This document shows, piece by piece, positions 9,087 to 18,404 of a stretch of DNA of 64,000 nt. The stretch's first letter is position 1. The number at the start of each line of letters is the position of its first letter. The position numbers and the translations under genes were made by a program. The stretch is from the IMG/VR virus record IMGVR_UViG_3300032116_000001, positions 124,001 to 188,000 of that record; one strand, given 5' to 3'. The notes below the pieces were generated by a model. It did no database searches. It was not told the DNA's origin and saw only the letters and a program-made list of their open reading frames with translations.

Positions 9087-12000
9087 TTGATGGAGCGGCG
9101 AGCCAAGTGCGGCATCATAAATATTCATAGCTTTCTCAACGAGGAAGATCGCAATGCGGCTCGTGATCACATGATGCGAACTGCTTCTGTTCAATTAAGA
9201 GAAGCAGCTAAAATTGGTTTGCAGTCTTTATATGCTGATCCAGAAGAAGTTTTAAAGAAATACAAAGACTTTGACATAGTTAAAGCAATGCAGGCAAGAA
9301 AAGGTGCCAAGCTTCTGTGGGTCAGGGCCAGGGCGATTGACGCTGATACAGTAAATGCCAATGGCGATTATTTCTCAAGGGCCGAGTTACTTAAGGAAGT
9401 TGAAGTTAAGGGCGAAAAGATACCTGCGTATAAAACATTTGAAGGTGTCCCGATTTATACAAATCACAAAAACGATGACATCGAGCAGGCAAAGGGTATG
9501 GTCGTTTATGCAGAATGGGACGAGGAACAAAATTGTGTATTCTGTACATTCTTCGTTGACGAAGAAGCGTACCCTGATATAGCAAGAAATATTCGAACTG
9601 GTGTAATCCATGATGTTTCTATGGGCTGTCAGGTGCAAAGTGGCGAGTGCTCTAAATGCGGCAATATAGCCACTATTGAAAAAGAATATTGTGATTGTCT
9701 CAAGAAATACAAAGGCAAAAAACACCCTGTAACAGGTGAAAAAATTTATGAAAAAAACTTTGGATTAAAGTTTATTGAATTAAGTTGTGTTGGTGACGGG
9801 GCATTTGAAACCTGCGAAATAGAAGAGCTTTATGACGTTGATGAAATTCTTGATGCTGCTATGAGCACAGAAAGACGTGCAAATTCTATTTATTCAAGCA
9901 TAGTTCTTGCCAGCACATTAATGCCAGACAACACTGTTGATAAGCATTATTTTGAGGAATCTTTAAGAGAAATTTCTGCCGCTGCTCAATCTGCAGTACG
10001 ATTAGCCCAATCTGCAGGCACCCTGGTTGGTGGGCAGTTGATGGCAGGCGAGGGCGCGGACCAAAATGCAACAGTTTCGGCAGTATTAAACGCTCTGGGA
10101 ATTGATCCAAGGTCAGGGTTAAATATTCTTGATTTACTTAATCTTGCCTTAAACTTTTTAGAAGTTGCGGTTATGAATCTTTTTGCAAGAAAAGATAATG
10201 TTGACTTGACTCATGTTGGAAAAATTACAAAAAGCATGGCCGATCTTCAAAACACCATGCAAGACATGATTGATGATGGCGTAGATACTGGTGTAAGAAA
10301 TCAACAGCCAATTAATCAAGGTCAAATTGCAAATCAGCCACCAATGGCAGCTCCACAAATGCCCCAGGGTGGTCAACAAATTAATCCTGGCGCTGGGCAG
10401 CAACCCATGAATTGGAATAACTTGGGAGATGTTGGAAGATCAATAAGCCCAATGTCTATGCCTGGGGGAATTGGTGGTGGCGTTGTGCTTTCATCTTCTG
10501 ATCCACAAATGATAATGTGGGCGTCAAAGGATGGAAGTCGCGAAGTTTACGCCAGCGTAAAAGCTTCGCAAAACAATCAATCTAGTAGATTGACAAACAA
10601 TATAGTAGAATTTGGACAAGCTCTTGTTGGCTTTAAAAATTCGCTTGGCATAGACCAAAAATCAATTGCCAATTTTAACAAAAACAATCAATTCGTGCGT
10701 GCTGCCCAAGGGCGCAACACAAATCAAAAGACCAACGCGCCTGTTACTGCAGGGGCGGGAGAATACCAAACTATGGATCATTTCGCAAAAATCGCTCAAG
10801 AGCAGCGCAAGAAATACGCTTTTACCGCCCATGTAGATGTTACTATGGAGGATGCCAGCGGCAACCGCGTTGTTCTTTCAACTGACGGAAATATTTCTGG
10901 ATTTGTCAAGGGTGTTAAAGCCCAGTGGGAGCCAGAACTTACTGAATCTCAAATCGCTCGCATGGAAAATGGCGAGGGCACAAGAGTTGCATCTGAGTTG
11001 CTTGCAAGTTTTGCAAAGCAAGTTAAAACAGCTGGATGGAAGCCTTATACCGAAACAGATGTCAAGGAAAACGAACTTGAGCCACATCGCAACGGGACAA
11101 AGATTGAAACAAGAGAAGAATCTTTGGAAAAAATGAGGTCCAACAACAAGGGTGAAAAAACCATGCAAGAAGCACTTGGTGGTGATTATTACTCCAATAG
11201 AAGAGACGCCGACGACGATGTTAAAGAAAACATGCTTGATGAAAGCGCAGGACTTTACGGCAGGGCCGTAAATGAGTCATTTAATGAAGTAAAGGATCGC
11301 TTGCTTGAAGATGCACGGCGTGGACATCCCGAAAATACACTTGAAGAACAACTTTCTGAGTGCAGAGAAAATCATGGAACCGCAGAAGTTGAAGTGGTAA
11401 TGACAATGGTGAAAGAAGCAATGGCCAAGGCCGTTGTTGCTTCAAGAGTTTTGCCAGAAGAAATTGTTTCCGTGGCTGAAACGCTGGCTTCGCGCAATGA
11501 TCTGGAAGAACTCGTTGCTCTTGCAAGCTTGGGTATGAATACCAGAAAGGCTTATGCTAATCGAAGAGCATTCCATAAAATTTCTGCTGTATTAATGGCA
11601 CCTGATGCTGCTCTGTTGCATTCGCTTGGTGAGATTGTGAGCCGTGAAATAACTGCATCTGATGTAAGTGAGGCAATTCGAGTTGCTGCATCTATGAAAG
11701 ACGTGGCAACTACTGCTGTCGCAAACATGGTTGAAGCCATGAGAGACGGCGAAATGGTTGAGGCAGCGCCTGTAAACATTAAGGTTAGCAGAGAAGAAAG
11801 ACTCAAAACAGCTCTTGCCTCTTCTGGGCACGAATCATTTAATAAAGAGCACTTAAAGGCTGTTATTTCAGCAATGGTGATGGCAAGTGAAGAAACACAA
11901 GCTACACCCGAAGAGGTTGTTGATTCACTCAAGGGACTTAATTTGGCCTCAAAAATCAACGAAGCCCGAACAGCTTCGGCGACGGATGGAAGATTGACTG

Positions 12001-13367
12001 CAAGAGCAAGAAAACAATTCTGGGGTAATGAAAGATTCGCATCTAAGTCAACGGTCTCTGATGCAACTGTTGGATGGATTGCTGATTACGCAACCAACTT
12101 TGATTACAGTACGCAGGCGGTGGCTCAGGCTGTGGAAAAACTTACCAATGATCCCAGGGTGGCAACGCACTTGATTACTAAGGCCATTGATGCCAAGCTC
12201 CAAGGCGAAAGAATGGCAGGTGTTACGGTTACAGAAGAAAAGTCAGAAATCATTCGCTTTGTGTGCAGGGCAGAAGACCTCGGAGGTATTGACCCCAAGG
12301 ACGAAGCTTTTGAAGACACTTTTAGACAAAAGGCTATTGAAATTCTAACCGCTCAAGGATTTACAGTTGATCCAGGAACATTTAGCTTTACTGATCTTTC
12401 AGTAACAGAAAACGGGGACATTACTGCGTCGGTTCAAACCAGAGTCACAAAGACTTTTAAAGCAGACGCCGAATTACCTGCTCAGCCCCTGGAAAATATG
12501 GACACAATGTCCGTGGCCCCAGAAGTTATTGAGCCAACAGTAGTAATGTCTGAAGCAGCAAGAGAAGCCAGACTTGCAAGGCGGCAGCAAATTTTAAGCA
12601 AGATTGCACAAGCCGCCCCTGGCATGATGCCACCAGCTCAAGAGATGGGCACGCCAGGCATGGATGCTTCGGGTATGGGAATGGCAGGCGCTGAAGGTCT
12701 TGGCGTTGCCGCCTTGTCGGTGCCGACGGCAGCGGGTGACAATCCTGTTGAAGAACCCGCTGATACTGATGCAATGCCAGAACCTGGCAATCCAAAGCCA
12801 ATTGGTACTATCTGCCCCATATGTGGCAGCGATGATGTTGATCTTGCTAACAGCGAGGGTGAGTGCAACTCGTGTGGCACGCGCTATAAAGTTATGCAAA
12901 GTATTGAAATCATTAGCATTGGTGGTGGTGAGCCCGTTAATAATGATTCGCCTGAGGCAGAAATGGATGGCATGGCGTCACCCGATACCATGGGTCTTGG
13001 AGAGGACACTGGTCTGGGCGCTGCCACTGCGCCCGCTCCTATGGGTTCACCCGACATGAACAACCCAGGAGGCATGCCGCCTGCTCAAGGAATGGGAGCC
13101 ATGGCCAGCGCAGGCGCAGCTTTGTATCGAATTGCTGCCACAGTTGACTCTGATGTGTATCTCAAAACAACTATGCCAAACTTTAGCCGAACTGCTGAAA
13201 AGCAATTGCCCATCGGCATGGTATGTCCAAAGTGCGGCAGCAGAGAGGCTCAAAAAGTCAAGAACTCTACGTTCTGTTATGATTGTGGAAACTATGCTAT
13301 TAGCAGCGTGAAGCCAAATGATTCTGATCCCACAAAGATCGATGTTTCAATAACCTGGTTGGCATAA
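9087..13367 (+). CDS. Prohead (capsid maturation) serine protease with long scaffold-like C-terminal region and zinc ribbons
   Basis: NANGDYF, PIYTNH (His), DVSMGC (Ser), FIELSCV motifs of HK97/assemblin-fold prohead proteases; CSKC, CPIC..CNSC, CPKC..CYDC; located between portal and capsid. Confidence 0.85.
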   Translation: MMERRAKCGIINIHSFLNEEDRNAARDHMMRTASVQLREAAKIGLQSLYADPEEVLKKYKDFDIVKAMQARKGAKLLWVRARAIDADTVNANGDYFSRAELLKEVEVKGEKIPAYKTFEGVPIYTNHKNDDIEQAKGMVVYAEWDEEQNCVFCTFFVDEEAYPDIARNIRTGVIHDVSMGCQVQSGECSKCGNIATIEKEYCDCLKKYKGKKHPVTGEKIYEKNFGLKFIELSCVGDGAFETCEIEELYDVDEILDAAMSTERRANSIYSSIVLASTLMPDNTVDKHYFEESLREISAAAQSAVRLAQSAGTLVGGQLMAGEGADQNATVSAVLNALGIDPRSGLNILDLLNLALNFLEVAVMNLFARKDNVDLTHVGKITKSMADLQNTMQDMIDDGVDTGVRNQQPINQGQIANQPPMAAPQMPQGGQQINPGAGQQPMNWNNLGDVGRSISPMSMPGGIGGGVVLSSSDPQMIMWASKDGSREVYASVKASQNNQSSRLTNNIVEFGQALVGFKNSLGIDQKSIANFNKNNQFVRAAQGRNTNQKTNAPVTAGAGEYQTMDHFAKIAQEQRKKYAFTAHVDVTMEDASGNRVVLSTDGNISGFVKGVKAQWEPELTESQIARMENGEGTRVASELLASFAKQVKTAGWKPYTETDVKENELEPHRNGTKIETREESLEKMRSNNKGEKTMQEALGGDYYSNRRDADDDVKENMLDESAGLYGRAVNESFNEVKDRLLEDARRGHPENTLEEQLSECRENHGTAEVEVVMTMVKEAMAKAVVASRVLPEEIVSVAETLASRNDLEELVALASLGMNTRKAYANRRAFHKISAVLMAPDAALLHSLGEIVSREITASDVSEAIRVAASMKDVATTAVANMVEAMRDGEMVEAAPVNIKVSREERLKTALASSGHESFNKEHLKAVISAMVMASEETQATPEEVVDSLKGLNLASKINEARTASATDGRLTARARKQFWGNERFASKSTVSDATVGWIADYATNFDYSTQAVAQAVEKLTNDPRVATHLITKAIDAKLQGERMAGVTVTEEKSEIIRFVCRAEDLGGIDPKDEAFEDTFRQKAIEILTAQGFTVDPGTFSFTDLSVTENGDITASVQTRVTKTFKADAELPAQPLENMDTMSVAPEVIEPTVVMSEAAREARLARRQQILSKIAQAAPGMMPPAQEMGTPGMDASGMGMAGAEGLGVAALSVPTAAGDNPVEEPADTDAMPEPGNPKPIGTICPICGSDDVDLANSEGECNSCGTRYKVMQSIEIISIGGGEPVNNDSPEAEMDGMASPDTMGLGEDTGLGAATAPAPMGSPDMNNPGGMPPAQGMGAMASAGAALYRIAATVDSDVYLKTTMPNFSRTAEKQLPIGMVCPKCGSREAQKVKNSTFCYDCGNYAISSVKPNDSDPTKIDVSITWLA

Positions 13368-13382
13368 TTAAGCAAGAGTAGG

Positions 13383-13433
13383 AAACAAAACGAGACATGA
13401 TTGGTTAAATTCTAATCATGTCTCGTTTTGTTT
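13383..13433 (+). terminator. Rho-independent terminator-like hairpin
   Basis: 20-bp perfect stem aaacaaaacgagacatgatt / aatcatgtctcgttttgttt ending in a T-run. Confidence 0.7.
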
Positions 13434-13488
13434 TTTCATTTATTATTCCTTTTTATTGAATAATAAATGAAAAAAAATATTTTTTTGC

Positions 13489-13513
13489 AGGTGTTAAAGC
13501 TATTTTTAGTGAA
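13489..13513 (+). promoter_or_regulatory. AGG-N19-GAA motif before the scaffold-decoration-capsid genes
   Basis: AGG tgttaaagctatttttagt GAA. Confidence 0.65.
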
Positions 13514-13568
13514 GTCTTTAAGCAGACACTCACTTGTTAATGCAAAACATAATCAAGTGAGGAGCCTA

Positions 13569-15305
13569 ATGGCTCTTAAACAGAGGGAAGCAGCAATTAT
13601 GAATAAGAATAACGAAACTCCCCTCCAGACTGATAGACTGAAACAAGTTCTTAGAATCGCAGAAATCAAAGCTACGGATAAAGAAGATATGGAAAATTGT
13701 GTAAACGACATGCAAAGAAGTGCTTCGCTTGATGAAAGTGAAGCACGCATTGTCGCCAAGGCCGTTAGGGCAAAGCATCTTCCTAATATTCTCCGTGAAG
13801 CGGGTGCTGAAGAAATGATTAAAGAGGATTTGTTAACGCCAGTTGGAGTGGCCTCGGAAACTGCTGACTTCGCTAAAGATAAAAATGACGACGATCACGA
13901 TGAAGATAATTCAGAATTTGTTGAAAACGAAGATTTTGATTTATTGAATTCTGAAGAAGATTTAAACGACGATATGGGCGAAGCAAACGACGAAACAAAC
14001 ATCGCCACTTTTGAAATCGACGTTCCCGCAGACAAGGTTGAGGAAGCGCAGAAAGCTGTGCAAGAAGCTCTTGACAAGATTTTTAGCGGAGACGCATCTG
14101 ACGATGAGTTAGATGAAGAAGACCATGACACAGCACTTGAAGGCCTTGCCGACGAAGACGTTGAGGAAGTGGATGATCTTGAAGGTGACATGGACATTGA
14201 TATGTCCACTGACGTAGAGGAGGCCGATGATGCCCCCTTGCAGCACACAGCAAGCACGGTGAATAAAATTATGACCCCAGAAGAAAGAACCAAGCGCCAA
14301 GCAGAGCGCGAAGCTATTCTCCAGCGCGTGGTCGTTGCTGAGGAAGCATCCAAGCCAAAAGACAGAGGTCTTGGCAAGGATACAACTGAAGGCACTTATG
14401 GTGGACAAAAGGCAAAGCCTTTCCAGCATAATGATGCCGCGCAATACCACGGCGAAGAAGCCTTCCCAACAATGTCCCTTAAGGGCGGTGAAGGTAATTC
14501 CCAGCGCGGAGACAATCCTAACTATGCCGATCAACCAATCCCGACTATGAATCCCGAAAACCTTCAGTTGAAGGGTGCCGTGGATGCGGTGAAGCTGGAC
14601 GGTCAGCCTGACGGAACTATCGAATATGTAATTGATTTCAATCATCTTGATGATGTTCCATCTGCGGAGCCTGAACGTGGCACCGCGTTTGAAATTCCAA
14701 CGCAAATGGAAAATCTTCCTCGCAAGACAACCGTTGCTTCTCAAAATGACACTGAGGAAAGACTGGCTGAAGTTGAAGATGTTGTTTACAATTACCTCGT
14801 TGAGGCTGGTGTAGACGGCGAAGAAGTTGGTAAAATGACAGTTGCCGAAGGTGTGAATCTTCTTATGAAGATTGCATCTGAAAAGAGTAAGGACACCGAG
14901 GCAAACGACCTTAACGTTGAAATCAATGCAGAAGATGCAAAAGATGAGCGCAAGGCCGCGATTCAAGAATCACGGATCAAAACTGCTTACTCTTGCGCAT
15001 TTAAGCTTGCTTTGAACAATGTCCTCGCACAAAATGAAGTTGATGGATACGCTGAAACTATGCTGAACGACAGGTTACCTGTTGACAGCATGATCAGACA
15101 AACAACGCTTCTGATGCGCTCTGCTAACAGTAGCGCTCAACGTGTCGCTCAGGCAGCCGCTGAGAACTTTGGCACTGCTCGCTCGGCTTCAAGCCAAGCC
15201 GTTTCGTCATCCCCTGCACTTTCTGGTGATTTTAACACCAATAGTGCTTCGACAGATATACAAGAGGCTCTTAGAGGTGTGTTTACCATGCCCCGTGAGA
15301 ACTAA
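13569..15305 (+). CDS. Putative capsid scaffolding/assembly protein (start 13569 or 13599; ORF open from 13467)
   Basis: Very acidic, helical protein immediately before decoration and capsid genes; gaggag SD before ATG 13569; the 13467 start lies upstream of the promoter motif. Confidence 0.65.
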   Translation: MALKQREAAIMNKNNETPLQTDRLKQVLRIAEIKATDKEDMENCVNDMQRSASLDESEARIVAKAVRAKHLPNILREAGAEEMIKEDLLTPVGVASETADFAKDKNDDDHDEDNSEFVENEDFDLLNSEEDLNDDMGEANDETNIATFEIDVPADKVEEAQKAVQEALDKIFSGDASDDELDEEDHDTALEGLADEDVEEVDDLEGDMDIDMSTDVEEADDAPLQHTASTVNKIMTPEERTKRQAEREAILQRVVVAEEASKPKDRGLGKDTTEGTYGGQKAKPFQHNDAAQYHGEEAFPTMSLKGGEGNSQRGDNPNYADQPIPTMNPENLQLKGAVDAVKLDGQPDGTIEYVIDFNHLDDVPSAEPERGTAFEIPTQMENLPRKTTVASQNDTEERLAEVEDVVYNYLVEAGVDGEEVGKMTVAEGVNLLMKIASEKSKDTEANDLNVEINAEDAKDERKAAIQESRIKTAYSCAFKLALNNVLAQNEVDGYAETMLNDRLPVDSMIRQTTLLMRSANSSAQRVAQAAAENFGTARSASSQAVSSSPALSGDFNTNSASTDIQEALRGVFTMPREN

Positions 15306-15334
15306 TCTCTTCCATTTCAGGAGAAAATCAACAA

Positions 15335-15961
15335 ATGGCAATTCACATTATCAACGCTGTGATCGTAGCAAACTACGACACAAAGAAAAACACTGATTTC
15401 ACCCAGGGCGCTGCTCTGGCCCGTGATCTCTCTGGTGCCGATGCTGGTCTTGTTCGCAAGGCTGACCGCGCCTCTGACACTGCCGCTAACTGGGTTGGCC
15501 TTGCCGCTGACAACAACCAGAGAAGTGGCAACACGATCATTCTGAACGACCCCGTTGGTTCAACTTACGTTGACGGCAGCGGAAACCTGGTTAGCAATGC
15601 TAATGGTTTCTACGTCGGCGAAAAGCGTGCTATCGGCGACTTCCAAGACGAAACCGTCAACAATGTGACCAACCTCACGGCGGGCGCTGGCGGATTTGAA
15701 GGACCGCGCAGAGGAGTTGGTGTTTACACAACCCCATCTGGCCAATTCATCACTGACCAATTCGTGGCCGTAGCCACCTCTTCTGCCACTGCTGACAGTG
15801 GCTCTGCTATCACTTTCGCCATCGGTGATTCACTGACGTTTGGTGCTGGTGCCAATGCTGGTAAGCTCGTGAGACTTGCTAACGCGGCCCATGGACGAGC
15901 AGTTGCTGTGGTTGAAAAGTATGATGCTGCAGCTGGCCTTTTGTGGATTCAACAGGTCTAA
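15335..15961 (+). CDS. Capsid decoration/cement protein (putative)
   Basis: 208 aa, Gly/Ala-rich beta composition, directly upstream of the major capsid gene, strongly biased codon usage, aggag SD. Confidence 0.7.
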   Translation: MAIHIINAVIVANYDTKKNTDFTQGAALARDLSGADAGLVRKADRASDTAANWVGLAADNNQRSGNTIILNDPVGSTYVDGSGNLVSNANGFYVGEKRAIGDFQDETVNNVTNLTAGAGGFEGPRRGVGVYTTPSGQFITDQFVAVATSSATADSGSAITFAIGDSLTFGAGANAGKLVRLANAAHGRAVAVVEKYDAAAGLLWIQQV

Positions 15962-15985
15962 GATAATAAGGAGATCAACAAATAA

Positions 15986-16840
15986 ATGAGCATGATCAAG
16001 AGAAATACAAACGAGCAGCGCGAAGCCATTATTGCAATGGCTATGGAAACCCCCGAGGGTAGAACTGCGCTTGCACAAGCGATGGTTGAGCCAATCAAAA
16101 CATCGTTGATGTACCAAGCCATCGGGCGAAAGCTTCTGATGGTTGACGAGCTGCCAAACGGCGCTCTGGCCCGATACGAGCGCGACGTAGCTGTTAAGAG
16201 CTACGTGATTCCGAAGCGTGGTTCCGTGCCCGACGCCCTCGTGGAAGCTGAAGAGCTGATCGTTCCTACGATTGAGCTTGCTGCCCACCCCACGATCAGA
16301 CTGAACGAAATCCGCGCCCGCCGATTCTACATCGTGGACCGCGCACAAGTTCGTGCCAAGGACTCGCTCCAGCGACAGGAAGACGTTGAAGTCTTTAAGG
16401 TCATCAACGCTGCAATCCCAACTGACCACAGCATCTCCGTTTCAGGTACCCTGCAGGCTGAAAACATCAACCTGGCCCTTACCCTGATCGAAGAGCACGA
16501 ACTGATCGGTGCCAAGATTGTTCTCGCTCCACAGCGATACAAGGACATTCGGGGCTGGGGCAAGGAAGTGTACGATGAGGCAACTCAGCGCGACATCCTG
16601 ATGACTGGTCTGTACGGCCACATCTACAGTGCTGACATTCACGTTAGCACCATGGTTCCTAAGAACGCGGTCTACGTGCTTGCACCTGCCCAGTTCGTTG
16701 GTGCCATGCCAGTGAAGCAAGACATCACTGTTCTGCCCGCAGACGATCCTAAGCGACTCCGCCTCGGCTGGGTGGTCTATGAAGAAATCGGCTTTGCTGT
16801 CATCAATGATTACGCTTTGAGCCGCGTGACTGTTGCTTAA
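15986..16840 (+). CDS. Major capsid protein, HK97 fold, short form without a delta domain
   Basis: 284 aa; E-loop and P-domain-like pattern (RKLLMVDELPNGALARYERD, IVDRAQVRAKDSLQRQED, GWVVYEEIGFAV); aaggag SD; strongest codon bias in the window; followed by a terminator. Confidence 0.88.
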   Translation: MSMIKRNTNEQREAIIAMAMETPEGRTALAQAMVEPIKTSLMYQAIGRKLLMVDELPNGALARYERDVAVKSYVIPKRGSVPDALVEAEELIVPTIELAAHPTIRLNEIRARRFYIVDRAQVRAKDSLQRQEDVEVFKVINAAIPTDHSISVSGTLQAENINLALTLIEEHELIGAKIVLAPQRYKDIRGWGKEVYDEATQRDILMTGLYGHIYSADIHVSTMVPKNAVYVLAPAQFVGAMPVKQDITVLPADDPKRLRLGWVVYEEIGFAVINDYALSRVTVA

Positions 16841-16856
16841 AAAGCAACCCGATAAT

Positions 16857-16892
16857 AAAAATCCCCACGAAATTAGTTTCGTGGGGATTTTT
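16857..16892 (+). terminator. Rho-independent terminator after the capsid gene
   Basis: aaaaatccccacgaaa / ttag / tttcgtggggattttt, then further T residues. Confidence 0.85.
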
Positions 16893-17043
16893 TGGCTTAT
16901 TTTGAACTTGTTTTATTTAATTTTTAAAAATCTATCGCTAAATTTCCCAAAATAAGAAAAAACAATTTTTAATAAAATCGTAAAATTTAATATTTAATTT
17001 CTATAAATTTAGTATGCATCAGCCAATTATAAAATGAGTTCAT

Positions 17044-18378
17044 ATGCCTAAAACACATATTTTTTCCAACGAATCAGAAAGTATTTTTCGATCAGGTCTT
17101 TATTCAGCTAAAGACTTGGCTGCGATGTTTAATTGTCACAGTCAAACTATTTATAGCACTGCTAAAAGACTTGGTGTTGTTTTGCCCCGATCAGATATGC
17201 GGCGGTACAAACCAAACGATCATTATTTTAAAACATGGTCTAATGAGATGGCATATGTTTTGGGTCTTCTTGCTGCTGATGGACATGTCGCAGTAACAAA
17301 AACTGGGCAACACATAGTAATGATTAATTTGAAAGAGTCAGATAAGGAGCTTGTAGAGAGAATAAAAAAATTTGTCGATTACAGTGGTCCAATTTATTCT
17401 CAGAGAAAATCAAACGGCGAAACTCAAGCAGTTCTAACAATGACGTCAAAAGAAATGGTAAATGATCTTAGAGTTCTTGGACTGGGGCAGAATAAAACCC
17501 ATTCTTTGGTGTGGCCTAATTCAATCTCTGATGAATTTGTTCCGCATTTCGTGAGGGGATATTTTGATGGAGATGGATGTATTTTTTATGAAAACAGCGC
17601 TAACAAAGACAATCTTTTAACAGTAAATATTATAGGCACACCATCATTTATTGATTATTTAAAGAATCAATATCATATTATGTCAGGCAATGCGCATGGA
17701 TATATAGCCAAAAAGGGAGTAGTTAATTCTATGGTTATTAATGGTAAATTTGCCGCTCGATCATTTTTGGATTGGATTTATAAAGACAGCACTGAAGAAA
17801 CCCGTTTGTCAAGAAAATACAATATATATCAAAAGTTTCTTTTGGATTATGGCACTGATAAAAAATTACCAAATAATAGCAAAATTAATTTTGAAATAGC
17901 TAAAGTTATAAGAGATAGACACGCCAATGGCGAAACCGTGTCTTTTATTGCTTCTGAGTTAAACATTGGGGAGGCACTGGTTCATGATGTGGTTGGAAAT
18001 CGATCATGGGTGGATAATAATTATTTACCAGTGCGAAAAAAATCAAAAACCATTGTTTTCGATCATGATGGTCGCAGTGGAACTTTAAAGCAATGGGCTG
18101 AGTGGACAGGTGTGGCTAAATCAACAATAGATAGGCGATTAAGAGAGGGCAAGTCTTTCGCAGATGCTATTTCAACCAATAAATTTAAAACTGCAAAACC
18201 AGAAGTTAATATTGGTCGAAGCGGAATGACAAGAAGTAAAGCCACTGAAATTCGAAAAGCATATTCAAATGGCATTAAGGGAAAAGAGTCAATGTCTTGT
18301 TTTAATATTAGCAAAAGTCAATATATTGATATTATCGGCAATAGAGTATGGAAAGAAGAAGATTTGTGGTGGAAGTAA
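17044..18378 (+). CDS. Free-standing LAGLIDADG (DOD-type) homing endonuclease with extra HTH modules
   Basis: YVLGLLAADG and FVRGYFDGDG motifs; HTH-like segments at the N-terminus and three at the C-terminus. Confidence 0.85.
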   Translation: MPKTHIFSNESESIFRSGLYSAKDLAAMFNCHSQTIYSTAKRLGVVLPRSDMRRYKPNDHYFKTWSNEMAYVLGLLAADGHVAVTKTGQHIVMINLKESDKELVERIKKFVDYSGPIYSQRKSNGETQAVLTMTSKEMVNDLRVLGLGQNKTHSLVWPNSISDEFVPHFVRGYFDGDGCIFYENSANKDNLLTVNIIGTPSFIDYLKNQYHIMSGNAHGYIAKKGVVNSMVINGKFAARSFLDWIYKDSTEETRLSRKYNIYQKFLLDYGTDKKLPNNSKINFEIAKVIRDRHANGETVSFIASELNIGEALVHDVVGNRSWVDNNYLPVRKKSKTIVFDHDGRSGTLKQWAEWTGVAKSTIDRRLREGKSFADAISTNKFKTAKPEVNIGRSGMTRSKATEIRKAYSNGIKGKESMSCFNISKSQYIDIIGNRVWKEEDLWWK

Positions 18379-18404
18379 ATTGATGCTTCGGGCGGATGTG
18401 AGCA

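Noticed and set aside
14109-14966. Long antisense ORFs (also 1383..2030, 13895..14395, 15830..16429, 32171..32632 and many short ones)
   Set aside because: They are shadows of strongly codon-biased genes on the opposite strand, with no SD sites or recognisable motifs.
15986-16840. Encapsulin rather than phage capsid
   Set aside because: Size and fold are encapsulin-like, but the context of portal, protease, scaffold, decoration, neck and tail genes indicates a virion capsid.
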